Shown here piece after piece: positions 18,893 through 27,473 of a DNA stretch of 46,287 bases (position 1 is its first letter; each line of letters opens with the position of its first letter). The notes beneath the pieces were generated by a model, which did not search any database, was not told the DNA's origin, and was given only the letters and a program-made list of their open reading frames with translations. The DNA comes from Bdellovibrio sp. GTDB taxonomy: Bacteria > Bdellovibrionota > Bdellovibrionia > Bdellovibrionales > Bdellovibrionaceae. The position numbers and the translations under genes were made by a program. The stretch is from assembly GCA_046318155.1 (NCBI GenBank), contig JBKCUU010000108.1:1-46287 (forward strand), given 5' to 3'.

Positions 18893-18942
18893 ATCGTAGG
18901 CCGACTTCTAGGATTGCTCAAGAGCGAACACTGGGATAACAT
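18893..18942. promoter_or_regulatory. divergent leaderless promoter pair for nrdJ and iscS
   Basis: Minus strand TTGAGC-N17-TACGAT-N6-ATG(18886); plus strand TTGCTC-N17-TAACAT-N6-ATG(18949). Confidence 0.6.
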
Positions 18943-18948
18943 CGTCCC

Positions 18949-20148
18949 ATGCCAGCCAAAACCCAGACTCTTTATTTTGACCATAATGCCACGACTCCCG
19001 CGGACCCGCGCGTGGTCGAGGCGATGCTACCGTACTTTACTGAGCAATTTGGCAATACAATGAGTCTGAATTATTCGTACGGTTGGCAAGCCGAGAGCGC
19101 CGTCGAAACGGCCCGCCGCCAAGTAGCCCACTACATTGGTTGTGAACCCAAAGAAATTACCTTCACTTCAGGTGCGACCGAAAGCAACAACTGGGCCTTT
19201 GAAGGCTTGATCGAAATGATCCGCACCGAAGAAGGCCCGCACGCACCGATTCATCTTTTGGTTTCGCCGGTGGAGCACAAATCTGTCTTGCAATCCGCTC
19301 AGCGCTGCTCCCGCTTCTTTGGTGCCGAGCTCGAGTTTTTGCCGGTGAATCAATTCGGGCAAGTGTCGCCTGCTGACATTGAAGCCAGACTCAAACCTCA
19401 CACCCGCTTGGTTTCGGTGATGTGGGTCCAAAATGAGCTCGGTTCTGTCAATCCGATCGAGGAAATCGCGCGTCTTTGCCATGATAAGAAAGTTTATTTT
19501 CATTCGGACGCCACGCAAGCGATCGGTAAAATTCCTGTCAACTTGCAGACAGCGCAAGTCGATTTGCTCTCCTTCTCGGCGCACAAGTTGTCGGGTCCTA
19601 AGGGAGTAGGCTTTTTGTATTTACGCTCAAAAAATCCCCGCGTCTCGATTCCGGCGTTGATGTGCGGGGGTGGCCACGAGCGCGGCTCGCGGTCTGGAAC
19701 TTTGAATGTTCCCGGGATCGTTGGCCTTGGTAAAGCAATCGAACTTGCAAGCCTTGAGGGTATCGCCGAACAATCGCGAATCCGAGTTTTGCGTGATTTC
19801 ATGTGGAACCAATTGCAGTCGACTTTTCCATCTGCGCGATTAAATGGTCATCCCTCGAATCGCTCGCCGAACAACTTGCACGTCACGTTTTTGAACTGCC
19901 AAGTTCCTTCAGCACTGAAGGGTCTCGCCGTCAGCCGAGGATCCGCTTGCCACTCGGGCGGCACCAGCACGAGCCACGTTTTAACGGCACTCGGGGTCAG
20001 TGAAAGCGAATCCGCCCAAAGTCTGCGAATCACTCTGGGACGCACAACAACGGACGCCCACGTGTTAGAAGCCTTGCAAATCCTCAAGGCGCAAATCCAG
20101 CCTCGCGCACCCAAAGCCCTACCCATGAACGGGCTAGGCCAAGCCTAA
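18949..20148 (+). CDS. iscS: cysteine desulfurase (IscS/NifS family)
   Basis: YFDHNATTP, FTSGATESNN, SAHKLSGPKG (PLP Lys), RSGTLNV, SRGSAC (catalytic Cys). Confidence 0.9.
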   Translation: MPAKTQTLYFDHNATTPADPRVVEAMLPYFTEQFGNTMSLNYSYGWQAESAVETARRQVAHYIGCEPKEITFTSGATESNNWAFEGLIEMIRTEEGPHAPIHLLVSPVEHKSVLQSAQRCSRFFGAELEFLPVNQFGQVSPADIEARLKPHTRLVSVMWVQNELGSVNPIEEIARLCHDKKVYFHSDATQAIGKIPVNLQTAQVDLLSFSAHKLSGPKGVGFLYLRSKNPRVSIPALMCGGGHERGSRSGTLNVPGIVGLGKAIELASLEGIAEQSRIRVLRDFMWNQLQSTFPSARLNGHPSNRSPNNLHVTFLNCQVPSALKGLAVSRGSACHSGGTSTSHVLTALGVSESESAQSLRITLGRTTTDAHVLEALQILKAQIQPRAPKALPMNGLGQA

Positions 20149-20323
20149 ACCCTCAGAATGACTTGTCATTCGTCTCTATCTGCCCACCCATCTAACCACC
20201 TACCTACCTGAATGAAAGCTGCAGCAAATACGGCAATTAGACTGGATGAAAATCCGCAGTGGGAAGCGGCCCCCACATATGCTATCCTGATGTCAGTTCT
20301 AAATGCTTGGAAGGAGGTCCTTC

Positions 20324-20650
20324 ATGATTCAAATGACAGAAACTGCGGCTTCAAAAATTACAAATCTGCGCTCAGAAGAAGGCAAGCCTCGTGAGTATTT
20401 TCTGCGCGTTGAAGTGAAAAAGGGCGGCTGTTCAGGCTTGTCTTACAAAATGGATTTTCAAAACGAAATCAAAGCTGGTGATAAAGTCTTTGAATTCCAC
20501 GGCGAAAAGCTGGTGGTCGACCCCTCTTCTTTTATGTACTTGATCGGCATGACCCTGGATTACTCGGGTGGGCTGAACGGTAAAGGTTTTGTTTTCAACA
20601 ATCCCAACGCGACCAAATCTTGCGGTTGCGGCTCTAGCTTCAACGTCTAA
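20324..20650 (+). CDS. iscA: Fe-S cluster assembly A-type carrier (IscA/HesB)
   Basis: GGCSGLSY, FVFNNPNATKSCGCGSSF; AAGGAGG SD before ATG 20324. Confidence 0.92.
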   Translation: MIQMTETAASKITNLRSEEGKPREYFLRVEVKKGGCSGLSYKMDFQNEIKAGDKVFEFHGEKLVVDPSSFMYLIGMTLDYSGGLNGKGFVFNNPNATKSCGCGSSFNV

Positions 20651-20705
20651 ACGACGACCGAAAATGCGTGATCTTGATTTTTGAGTCAGAAGATCGAGGG
20701 ATTGT

Positions 20706-21110
20706 TTATCGCTCTGATTTTTTCTTGTCATCCAAAACCAGGGTGCCTTGAACGGCCGTGGTCGCTTCATTGTTCTGGGCGGAGCGGAAACCCCGTACTT
20801 TTTTATTTGGATTGTCTTGGCGCTCGATCTGTTCAGTGAGATCCACGGTGATATTGCCAAAACAACGCACCTGACAAGAAAGCCGGCGTCCATCCAAGTA
20901 GTAGTTTGTGCCGATGAGGCTCAGTTCTGCCCGGTTAGGGGGCATAACGTTGCTCTCGCCGCCCACGATCTTGATCCGGCACTCGGCGCAGCTCGGGACC
21001 CCTTTACAGATCGAGCGGATCTCGATTTTGTTGTCAGTACAGATTTGCAGCAAAGACTTGTTGGGATCGCCATCGATTTCAAGGTTGGTGGGAAGGAACT
21101 TGATTTTCAT
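20706..21110 (-). CDS. 2Fe-2S ferredoxin-domain protein
   Basis: [10 protein letters not shown]...RLSCQ; ATGA-coupled to tyrS. Confidence 0.88.
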   Translation of the reverse strand: MKIKFLPTNLEIDGDPNKSLLQICTDNKIEIRSICKGVPSCAECRIKIVGGESNVMPPNRAELSLIGTNYYLDGRRLSCQVRCFGNITVDLTEQIERQDNPNKKVRGFRSAQNNEATTAVQGTLVLDDKKKSER

Positions 21111-22336
21111 GTGACCACCACTTTCGCAAATTTTTTCTTACCAGCGCGGATGATGACATCCTCACCTTTTTTGAGAACCAGCTTGAGTTTCTCGTTCTCG
21201 ACTTTTTGCTGATTCACTTCAACCGCACGCCCTTGAATCAAGCGCTTGGCTTCACCATTTGAGGCTGTCAGACCAATCTCGGTCATGAGTTGAAGCAATC
21301 CGATTTCGCCCGCAGGCCTCTCAAAAGCCGGAATTTCATCAGGCAAACCTTTGTCGACAAAGATGCGGTTGAATTCATCTTCGGCCGCTTGGGCTTGGGT
21401 TTGAGAGTAGAACCGAGAAATCAAAAACTTGGCCAGCTCGACTTTGGCTTCGCGTGGATGCTTTTTACCGCTCGAAAGATCATCTTTGAGTTTCGAGAGC
21501 TCGGCTGGCGTCACGCTGGTCAAGAGTTCGTACCAACGCAGCATGAGCGTGTCAGACACGCGCATCGTCTTGCCAAACATTTCTTTGGGCGAGTCGACGA
21601 TCGAAATGTAATTATCCAGGCTCTTCGACATTTTGTTCACGCCGTCCAAACCCTCGAGCAAAGGAACGGTGACCACGCACTGCTGATCTTTTTGGCCGTA
21701 AGACTTTTGCAGCTCGCGGCCGACCAGCAAATTAAATTTTTGGTCCGTTCCGCCGAGCTCAACGTCTGAAGACAAGTGAACCGAATCGTAGCCTTGGCAA
21801 AGCGGGTATAAGAATTCGTGAACCGAAATGGCCGTGCCTTCTTTGTAACGCTTGGTAAAATCATCCCGCTCCAGCATCCGAGCCACCGTGTACTGAGCCG
21901 AGAGGCGAATAAAATCTGCCGACGTCAGTTTCGAGAACCAATGCGAGTTGTAGACGATTTCAGTTTTAGCAGGATCGAGGACTTTAAAAACTTGCTCAGC
22001 ATAAGTGCGGGCATTCACCTTGATCTCTTCTTCAGAGAGCGGTGGGCGAGTTTGATTGCGACCTGTGGGATCACCGATCATCGCCGTAAAATCGCCAATC
22101 AAAAAGTGAACACTGTGACCAAAGTCTTGAAACTGACGGATCTTATTCAAAACAACGGTGTGACCCAAGTGCAAATCTGAACGCGTGGGATCTGCGCCAA
22201 ACTTGATCTTCAAAGGCTTTTTGTCTTTGTAGCTTTTCTCAAGCTTGGCCAGCATTTCTTTGTCCGAAATAAAATCAGCCGTGCCGAAACGCAGCTGTTC
22301 GAGTTGTTCTTTCGGAGTGGCGGTCGTCAAAGACAT
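21107..22336 (-). CDS. tyrS: tyrosine--tRNA ligase
   Basis: [30 protein letters not shown]-terminal S4 domain. Confidence 0.97.
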   Translation of the reverse strand: MSLTTATPKEQLEQLRFGTADFISDKEMLAKLEKSYKDKKPLKIKFGADPTRSDLHLGHTVVLNKIRQFQDFGHSVHFLIGDFTAMIGDPTGRNQTRPPLSEEEIKVNARTYAEQVFKVLDPAKTEIVYNSHWFSKLTSADFIRLSAQYTVARMLERDDFTKRYKEGTAISVHEFLYPLCQGYDSVHLSSDVELGGTDQKFNLLVGRELQKSYGQKDQQCVVTVPLLEGLDGVNKMSKSLDNYISIVDSPKEMFGKTMRVSDTLMLRWYELLTSVTPAELSKLKDDLSSGKKHPREAKVELAKFLISRFYSQTQAQAAEDEFNRIFVDKGLPDEIPAFERPAGEIGLLQLMTEIGLTASNGEAKRLIQGRAVEVNQQKVENEKLKLVLKKGEDVIIRAGKKKFAKVVVT

Positions 22337-22353
22337 CTGTGCACCTTGGAAAG

Positions 22354-23919
22354 TTAGCGGGCCATATCGACAGAGCGGGTTTCGCGAACAACGGCAACTT
22401 TAACTTGTCCCAAGTGCGGCATCTCACGCTCGATTTTACGAGCGATATCGCGGCTGAGCATTTGCGACAGATCATCGGTCACGCGTGAGGCTTCAACGAC
22501 AACGCGAACTTCGCGTCCGGCTTGAACTGCAAATGTTTTAAGAACGCCGTCGAAGCTGTTGCCGATCGACTCAAGTTCGGCCAAACGGTTGATAAAGTTG
22601 TCCATGCCCGGTCGGCGTGCACCCGGACGTGAGTTCGATAAAATGTTGGCCGCTTGAACTAAGTGCGCGATCAACGTGTTGGGTGTTTCTTCATTGTGGT
22701 GGGCGCGGATCGCGTGGCAAACGGCTTCGTTCTCACCAAATTTTTTGGCAAAGTCAGCACCGACCATCGCGTGGCTGCCTTCAACCGTGTGCTCGATCGC
22801 TTTACCGATATCGTGCAGGAGACCCGCACGGCGGGCAAGTTTCACGTTACCGCCAAACTCTGCGGCCATGAGACCTGCCAAGTAAGCCACTTCCATCGAG
22901 TGATTGAGTAAATTTTGCGTGTGCGCGTGGCGGTACTTCATCGAACCCAAGACACGGGTAATTTCTTGATGCATTTGACCCAAGCCCAGCTCGGTGACGA
23001 CTTTTTCGCCTTCTTCTTTCATGGATTTGTTGAGCTCGGCGCGCATCTTGTCGGTGACTTCTTCGATACGAGCTGGATGGACGCGGCCATCTTCCATCAG
23101 TTTTTCGAGCGTGCGCTTGGCCAGTTCGCGGCGAACGGGATCAAACCCCGAGATCACAACCGCCTCAGGCGTATCATCGACGATTAAATCAACACCGCAA
23201 TGGGCCTCAAGCGTGCGGATGTTACGGCCCTCACGGCCGATGATCTTACCCTTCATCTCTTCGCTCGGAAGAGCCATGACGCTGACGGTGCGTTCGCTGG
23301 TATACTCGCTCGCAAATCGCGAAACCGCCACGGCCAGGATTTTGCGGGCACGTTGGTTCGCTTCTTTTTCGGCTTCATTCTCGATTTCTTGAATTTTTTT
23401 GATGGACTCTTTTTTGGCTTCATCTTCCATCGCGGTCAAAAGCTCGCGGCGGGCCTCATCGGGTGTCATCGAGGCCACGCTTGAAACTTTGGCTTTGAGC
23501 TCTTGAATTTCGCTGTCGATTTTTTTCTCGGCGTCTTTAAGACGGTTTTCGCCAATAGCTATTTTTTCTTCGCGGTCTTTTAGCGTTTGAACAAAACGGT
23601 CATTCTCGTCGAGCTTTTGTTTTTGCTGATCCTCAATCTCTTTGAGCCGGCGCTCAAGCTGCCCCTCTTTACTCTTGAGTTGATTTTTTGGTTTGAGGAT
23701 ATCAGTTTCGACATTTTTGAGGGCCCGAGACTCAAAATCTTTGGCTTTGTTGTTAGCTTCTTTGTCGATCTTAGCAGCTTCGGATTTGGCGCGGTTGACG
23801 ATTTTGTCGGCTTCGGCTTTGGCCGATTTTTTGGTCGACTCATCTTGAATTTTTTTAAAGATAAAGATCGCGGCACCGCCCAATGCAAAAGCAACCAGTC
23901 CAATCAACACGTATTCCAT
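22354..23919 (-). CDS. rny: ribonuclease Y
   Basis: N-terminal TM, coiled coil, KH domain ([14 protein letters not shown]), HD domain (LLHDIGKA), RPGARR. GAGGA SD before ATG 23919. Confidence 0.93.
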   Translation of the reverse strand: MEYVLIGLVAFALGGAAIFIFKKIQDESTKKSAKAEADKIVNRAKSEAAKIDKEANNKAKDFESRALKNVETDILKPKNQLKSKEGQLERRLKEIEDQQKQKLDENDRFVQTLKDREEKIAIGENRLKDAEKKIDSEIQELKAKVSSVASMTPDEARRELLTAMEDEAKKESIKKIQEIENEAEKEANQRARKILAVAVSRFASEYTSERTVSVMALPSEEMKGKIIGREGRNIRTLEAHCGVDLIVDDTPEAVVISGFDPVRRELAKRTLEKLMEDGRVHPARIEEVTDKMRAELNKSMKEEGEKVVTELGLGQMHQEITRVLGSMKYRHAHTQNLLNHSMEVAYLAGLMAAEFGGNVKLARRAGLLHDIGKAIEHTVEGSHAMVGADFAKKFGENEAVCHAIRAHHNEETPNTLIAHLVQAANILSNSRPGARRPGMDNFINRLAELESIGNSFDGVLKTFAVQAGREVRVVVEASRVTDDLSQMLSRDIARKIEREMPHLGQVKVAVVRETRSVDMAR

Positions 23920-23979
23920 CTCAGTCCTCTTCTGCGCCCGAGGGCGACGTCTGTCGGTTCGTGCCCCTCGGGGCAACAG

Positions 23980-24534
23980 CTAAATGCCAGCACAGGTCCA
24001 CAGCCCAGCATCCGTCATGATGGCATGGAGTTTTTGGTCATGTGACTCAACCGGTACTGCCGGCGTCCACTGACACTCGAACCCCACACCTAGTTTAAAT
24101 CCCACCGCTTCTGCCAAGACGCGGTCATAAAAACCTTTGCCTCGGCCCAGCCGGTATCCTTGTCGATCAAACCCTAGGCCCGGGATCAAGAAGCCTTGGA
24201 TCTCTTTTTTCTCAATGCGCGGGTGGTGGGCGCGGGGCTCTAAGATTCCGAAACTTCCGGGCTCAAGATCTTGAGCCGTGACCTGATGAAAAATCAGGTC
24301 TTGCCCTTTGATCCTAGGAAACACCCACGTCAAATGAGTGAGTGAATCGAGCAGAGGTTTCAAATCCGGTTCTCCTTGCAAGCCAGCGAAAACCGCCCAT
24401 GTTCCACTTTGTTGGGTGAGCCAGTTGTTCAGATGACTTCGCAAAGAACTTTGCTGAGCTTCGGTCACGGACCTTAAGCGCAGTTTTAATTCTTGGCGAA
24501 GTTTGGATTTCTGATCTTGAACCGACATCTCCAA
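23980..24534 (-). CDS. ygfA: 5-formyltetrahydrofolate cyclo-ligase
   Basis: K..LR N-terminus, FGILEP, LIPGLGFD..GYRLGRGKGFYDR, VPVESHD. Start TTG 24534 or ATG 24528. Confidence 0.92.
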   Translation of the reverse strand: MEMSVQDQKSKLRQELKLRLRSVTEAQQSSLRSHLNNWLTQQSGTWAVFAGLQGEPDLKPLLDSLTHLTWVFPRIKGQDLIFHQVTAQDLEPGSFGILEPRAHHPRIEKKEIQGFLIPGLGFDRQGYRLGRGKGFYDRVLAEAVGFKLGVGFECQWTPAVPVESHDQKLHAIMTDAGLWTCAGI

Positions 24535-24654
24535 ACCCGCATTCCGACGATGATTGCACTCAGGCGTGGTGCCTGGGCGAAATCATCATCCTGCAAGCGA
24601 GCTTCAGTTTCGTGCCTGAGCTCCGCTTGGGTCGCTTTTGGAGTGTTCAAGGTC
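24513..24654. ncRNA. candidate structured RNA at the 6S RNA (ssrS) syntenic position
   Basis: GATCTTGAAC/GTTCAAGGTC and CTCCAAA/TTTGGAG outer stems enclose two hairpins at the zapA-ygfA junction. Confidence 0.3.
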
Positions 24655-24918
24655 CTGAGAGAGTTTGAGCGCGCGCTCTTCGATGCGTTCGATTTCACGG
24701 CGGGCGCGTTTTTTGAGAAGAATCAATTCTTCGGCGATGTTCAAAGCCGCAAGAACTGCGGCACTTTGAAAAGAGCCGGACTTGGTAGCTTCCAAGGCGG
24801 CTTGAATTTTTTGATCCACAAAGAGAACGAGTTCGTTCACCGTTTGCTCGTCATGTGATGACCTGAGCTTGTACGGGAGACCTGCTATCGTAAATTCGTA
24901 GGTCTTTTTGTCGTTCAC
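24604..24918 (-). CDS. zapA: cell division protein ZapA
   Basis: FTIAGLPYKL, VDQKI, AAVLAALNIAEEL; zapA-ygfA-rny synteny. Confidence 0.9.
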   Translation of the reverse strand: MNDKKTYEFTIAGLPYKLRSSHDEQTVNELVLFVDQKIQAALEATKSGSFQSAAVLAALNIAEELILLKKRARREIERIEERALKLSQDLEHSKSDPSGAQARN

Positions 24919-25036
24919 ACGAAGCCTCGTTCTTTATCTCGATTGCCCTTTTCCGGCCTTTGGTCCGCAAAAAGACTTTCACGAAATTCTCTAACTCTTC
25001 AGAAAGCCTGGAAAATCACCAAGGCGATCAGTGCCT

Positions 25037-25066
25037 AGTATAGAGACGGTACACAGTGCCTGTCAA
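25037..25066 (-). promoter_or_regulatory. putative sigma70 promoter of the zapA operon
   Basis: TTGACA-N18-TATACT on the minus strand, about 120 nt upstream of zapA. Confidence 0.65.
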
Positions 25067-25109
25067 AAATCGAACACTCACGCTGTGTGATAATTTTCGC
25101 CATAACACC

Positions 25110-25150
25110 GCGCATCCACACAATGTAGCAGCTAGATTGTGTGGATGCGC
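25110..25150. repeat. 41-bp palindrome, GTAGCWGCTA repeat family copy 1
   Basis: GCGCATCCACACAATGTAGC-A-GCTAGATTGTGTGGATGCGC, one mismatch. Confidence 0.9.
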
Positions 25151-25169
25151 CGCGATGGGACGGGTGCAG

Positions 25170-27473
25170 CTATTTTTTGATTTTCCAGGTCGGGTCGGTT
25201 TGCAGCAGGATTTCTTCGAAGCTGTAGCCTTGGGCCGCCAGATCGTTGGCTTTCAGAATGCTCAAACCCCGGTTGTGGCCCCGGCCGCGGCCCGTAAAAG
25301 TCAGGGTTTTTTCGCCCGCGCTCGAGGTCTGACGGCGGATGGTTTCTGGGCAGGATGGGAGCGAGAGCTGCAGCCTTAAGTCATCGCAGCTCAGTTCGAT
25401 TTTTCTTGAACCCACCTGCACCTGATAATTCTGGCCGCGCTTTTCGATGTCGCCCAGCTCGCCATGTAAAGCCAAAGACTCTTGAATCAATGCAGCTTCA
25501 CGGTCTTCGCTCCAGGGCTCGATGCCGCCCGCCGAAAAAGGGAGCCACTCGTTGTTTTTGTTTTGCAAGTTTAATCCCTGAATCTCGTGCAACAAGGACC
25601 ACAATTTCTTTTGCTGAAACTTCCCCATGCGATCGCTCTGACCGAAGACCTGGCAAATCGTGGTGTCGCAAATCTCTCCGGACTTTTTCCAGCCTACTTC
25701 AAGATTCGCCCTTGCGACCAGAGCCAGCGCCTTGAGCGCCTCTTTGCGTCCATTTGCAAACTCAGACGCCACGACTTCAAAAAGATAATCACGCTCCGAG
25801 GTCTCGAGCACCCAGTTCGAACCTTGCCGAGCCTTGATTTGATTCGCCGTCAGCGGGCGCTTGCCTTTGATTTTTTTCACAGCTGCGAATTCGGGCGGCG
25901 CATCTTTGGAGGTCAAAATCCCGTAGTAAGGCCGCTTGATTTTGGGAAGTCCCGCGCGTGGGGAAAAACTCACCACGAGGGGTCCGCTCAAACAACGAAA
26001 CGAATTCGAATTCGAAGACTGGATGTTTGCACCCGCTGAAAACGTCCACTCCCCTTTTTGCTTTTCTAAGAGGGGGCCGCGTTCGCATTCACCCTCGATC
26101 GTACTCTCGGGGATCAGTCCCAAAATTTGAACGTGCGCCGTCCGTGAAGATTCCCACCATGTTTTCTCGATCCGCTGACGCAGATCCGGCAGCAACGCAC
26201 TTGTGGCTTTGCCCTCGGCATGAATCACCGCCAAAAAACGAGGCTCGGCTGGGACTTTGGCATCCACCGCGGCAATCCACGAATGTAGCGGCTCTCCCTT
26301 TTCATCTTTCATCGAACCCGACTTCAGCGCAAGACCGCGCTTAGCGAACCAATCTGAATCCGGCAACTTCGCGAGCGTCCCATTCACCGGAACATCTTGC
26401 AGCGCCTCAAGGACAAAGGGCGCTTTGATTCCCAACCATCGAAACGCGCGCTCGACTTCACGCACGCTCATCTTTTGATTTGGAACAACGCCGATCGCAT
26501 CGGCCACAAGTGAGCCAGGTTCTTTGACTCCCAGTTGCACCAAGGTCCCACGGTAGCCTAAGAGTTTGTCCCAAGGTTTCTTGCTATCCAGAAAAAACCC
26601 GTTACAAGACAAACTCAAGGCCTCTTGCCACGTCCATATTTTTGGCGAGACTTTTCGATTCGGACAAAACCAAACGGGATGAACTCGGCTGGGTCGCGGT
26701 GACATAAAATCGGGCTCGGTCGCAATCAGCAGGGGCTTGAGAACCGATCCGGTCGGAAAGGCCACATCGATGCGTCCTTCAAATTCCAACATCCGGCCGG
26801 CACCATCCCAGAGAGCAAAATCGATTTGCGCCTGAGGAGCGCCAATCTGAAAGGCGGCGGACAAGCGCTCTTCAATTTCATCGTTTGAAAGCGTACCGCG
26901 AAAACTTTCTTCGAGCAGCCTTTGCACTTGCTCGCTTTCTTTTTTTTGCGAACGCAGGTGCGTGAGAACTCGGGCCAGCGCGCGGTCATCCCGGCTACCA
27001 GTGGCAAAATCGGTCTTCTCGCGTTTTTTAAGATAATCGATGGCTTCTTTGCGCCGAAAAAAATCCGAGGTCTCAAGACTGATGCGAACATCATCTTGGC
27101 TCACCCAAAGAGCAAACACCTCTTGTAAAAATGGCGAGGCTTCGGGGTTTTGCCGGGCCAAATATAAATGTGCGACTTCGTGCTTTAATATCCCGACCCG
27201 CGAATCCAACGAGGCCCTGGGATGCAGACGAATCGTCTTTTGATCCGAGAGACCCGCCCGAATGTAACCACCTGCTGGAATTTCAAGACGCACAGAAACC
27301 GCGCCCGTGCCGGGCGATTTTCCGAACAAGCTTTCTAAGCGGCTCCAGAACTTTTGCCCCTCTTCACAAAGCGTGGGGGGCAAAGGCTCTTCGCAGCGAA
27401 GATCAGCTAAGGCTTTATCGGCGCTCGATAGTAAAGCGAGCACCAGGGCTGTGTGAGTCCATACCCTCTTCAT
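25170..27473 (-). CDS. YfaQ-like exported protein: HEXXH domain + PBP-like domain + SpoIID/LytB domain
   Basis: HEVAH..E; GSVLKP, SCN, KSG; YLFEVVASE..EALKALALVAR, ICDTTICQVF, GRGHNRGLS..GYSFEEIL. Likely ATG 27473 with signal peptide. Confidence 0.75.
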   Translation of the reverse strand: MKRVWTHTALVLALLSSADKALADLRCEEPLPPTLCEEGQKFWSRLESLFGKSPGTGAVSVRLEIPAGGYIRAGLSDQKTIRLHPRASLDSRVGILKHEVAHLYLARQNPEASPFLQEVFALWVSQDDVRISLETSDFFRRKEAIDYLKKREKTDFATGSRDDRALARVLTHLRSQKKESEQVQRLLEESFRGTLSNDEIEERLSAAFQIGAPQAQIDFALWDGAGRMLEFEGRIDVAFPTGSVLKPLLIATEPDFMSPRPSRVHPVWFCPNRKVSPKIWTWQEALSLSCNGFFLDSKKPWDKLLGYRGTLVQLGVKEPGSLVADAIGVVPNQKMSVREVERAFRWLGIKAPFVLEALQDVPVNGTLAKLPDSDWFAKRGLALKSGSMKDEKGEPLHSWIAAVDAKVPAEPRFLAVIHAEGKATSALLPDLRQRIEKTWWESSRTAHVQILGLIPESTIEGECERGPLLEKQKGEWTFSAGANIQSSNSNSFRCLSGPLVVSFSPRAGLPKIKRPYYGILTSKDAPPEFAAVKKIKGKRPLTANQIKARQGSNWVLETSERDYLFEVVASEFANGRKEALKALALVARANLEVGWKKSGEICDTTICQVFGQSDRMGKFQQKKLWSLLHEIQGLNLQNKNNEWLPFSAGGIEPWSEDREAALIQESLALHGELGDIEKRGQNYQVQVGSRKIELSCDDLRLQLSLPSCPETIRRQTSSAGEKTLTFTGRGRGHNRGLSILKANDLAAQGYSFEEILLQTDPTWKIKK

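Noticed and set aside
23936..23974. GC-rich hairpin between ygfA and rny as 6S RNA or terminator
   Set aside because: Too short for 6S and has no U-tract; probably a minor mRNA stem.
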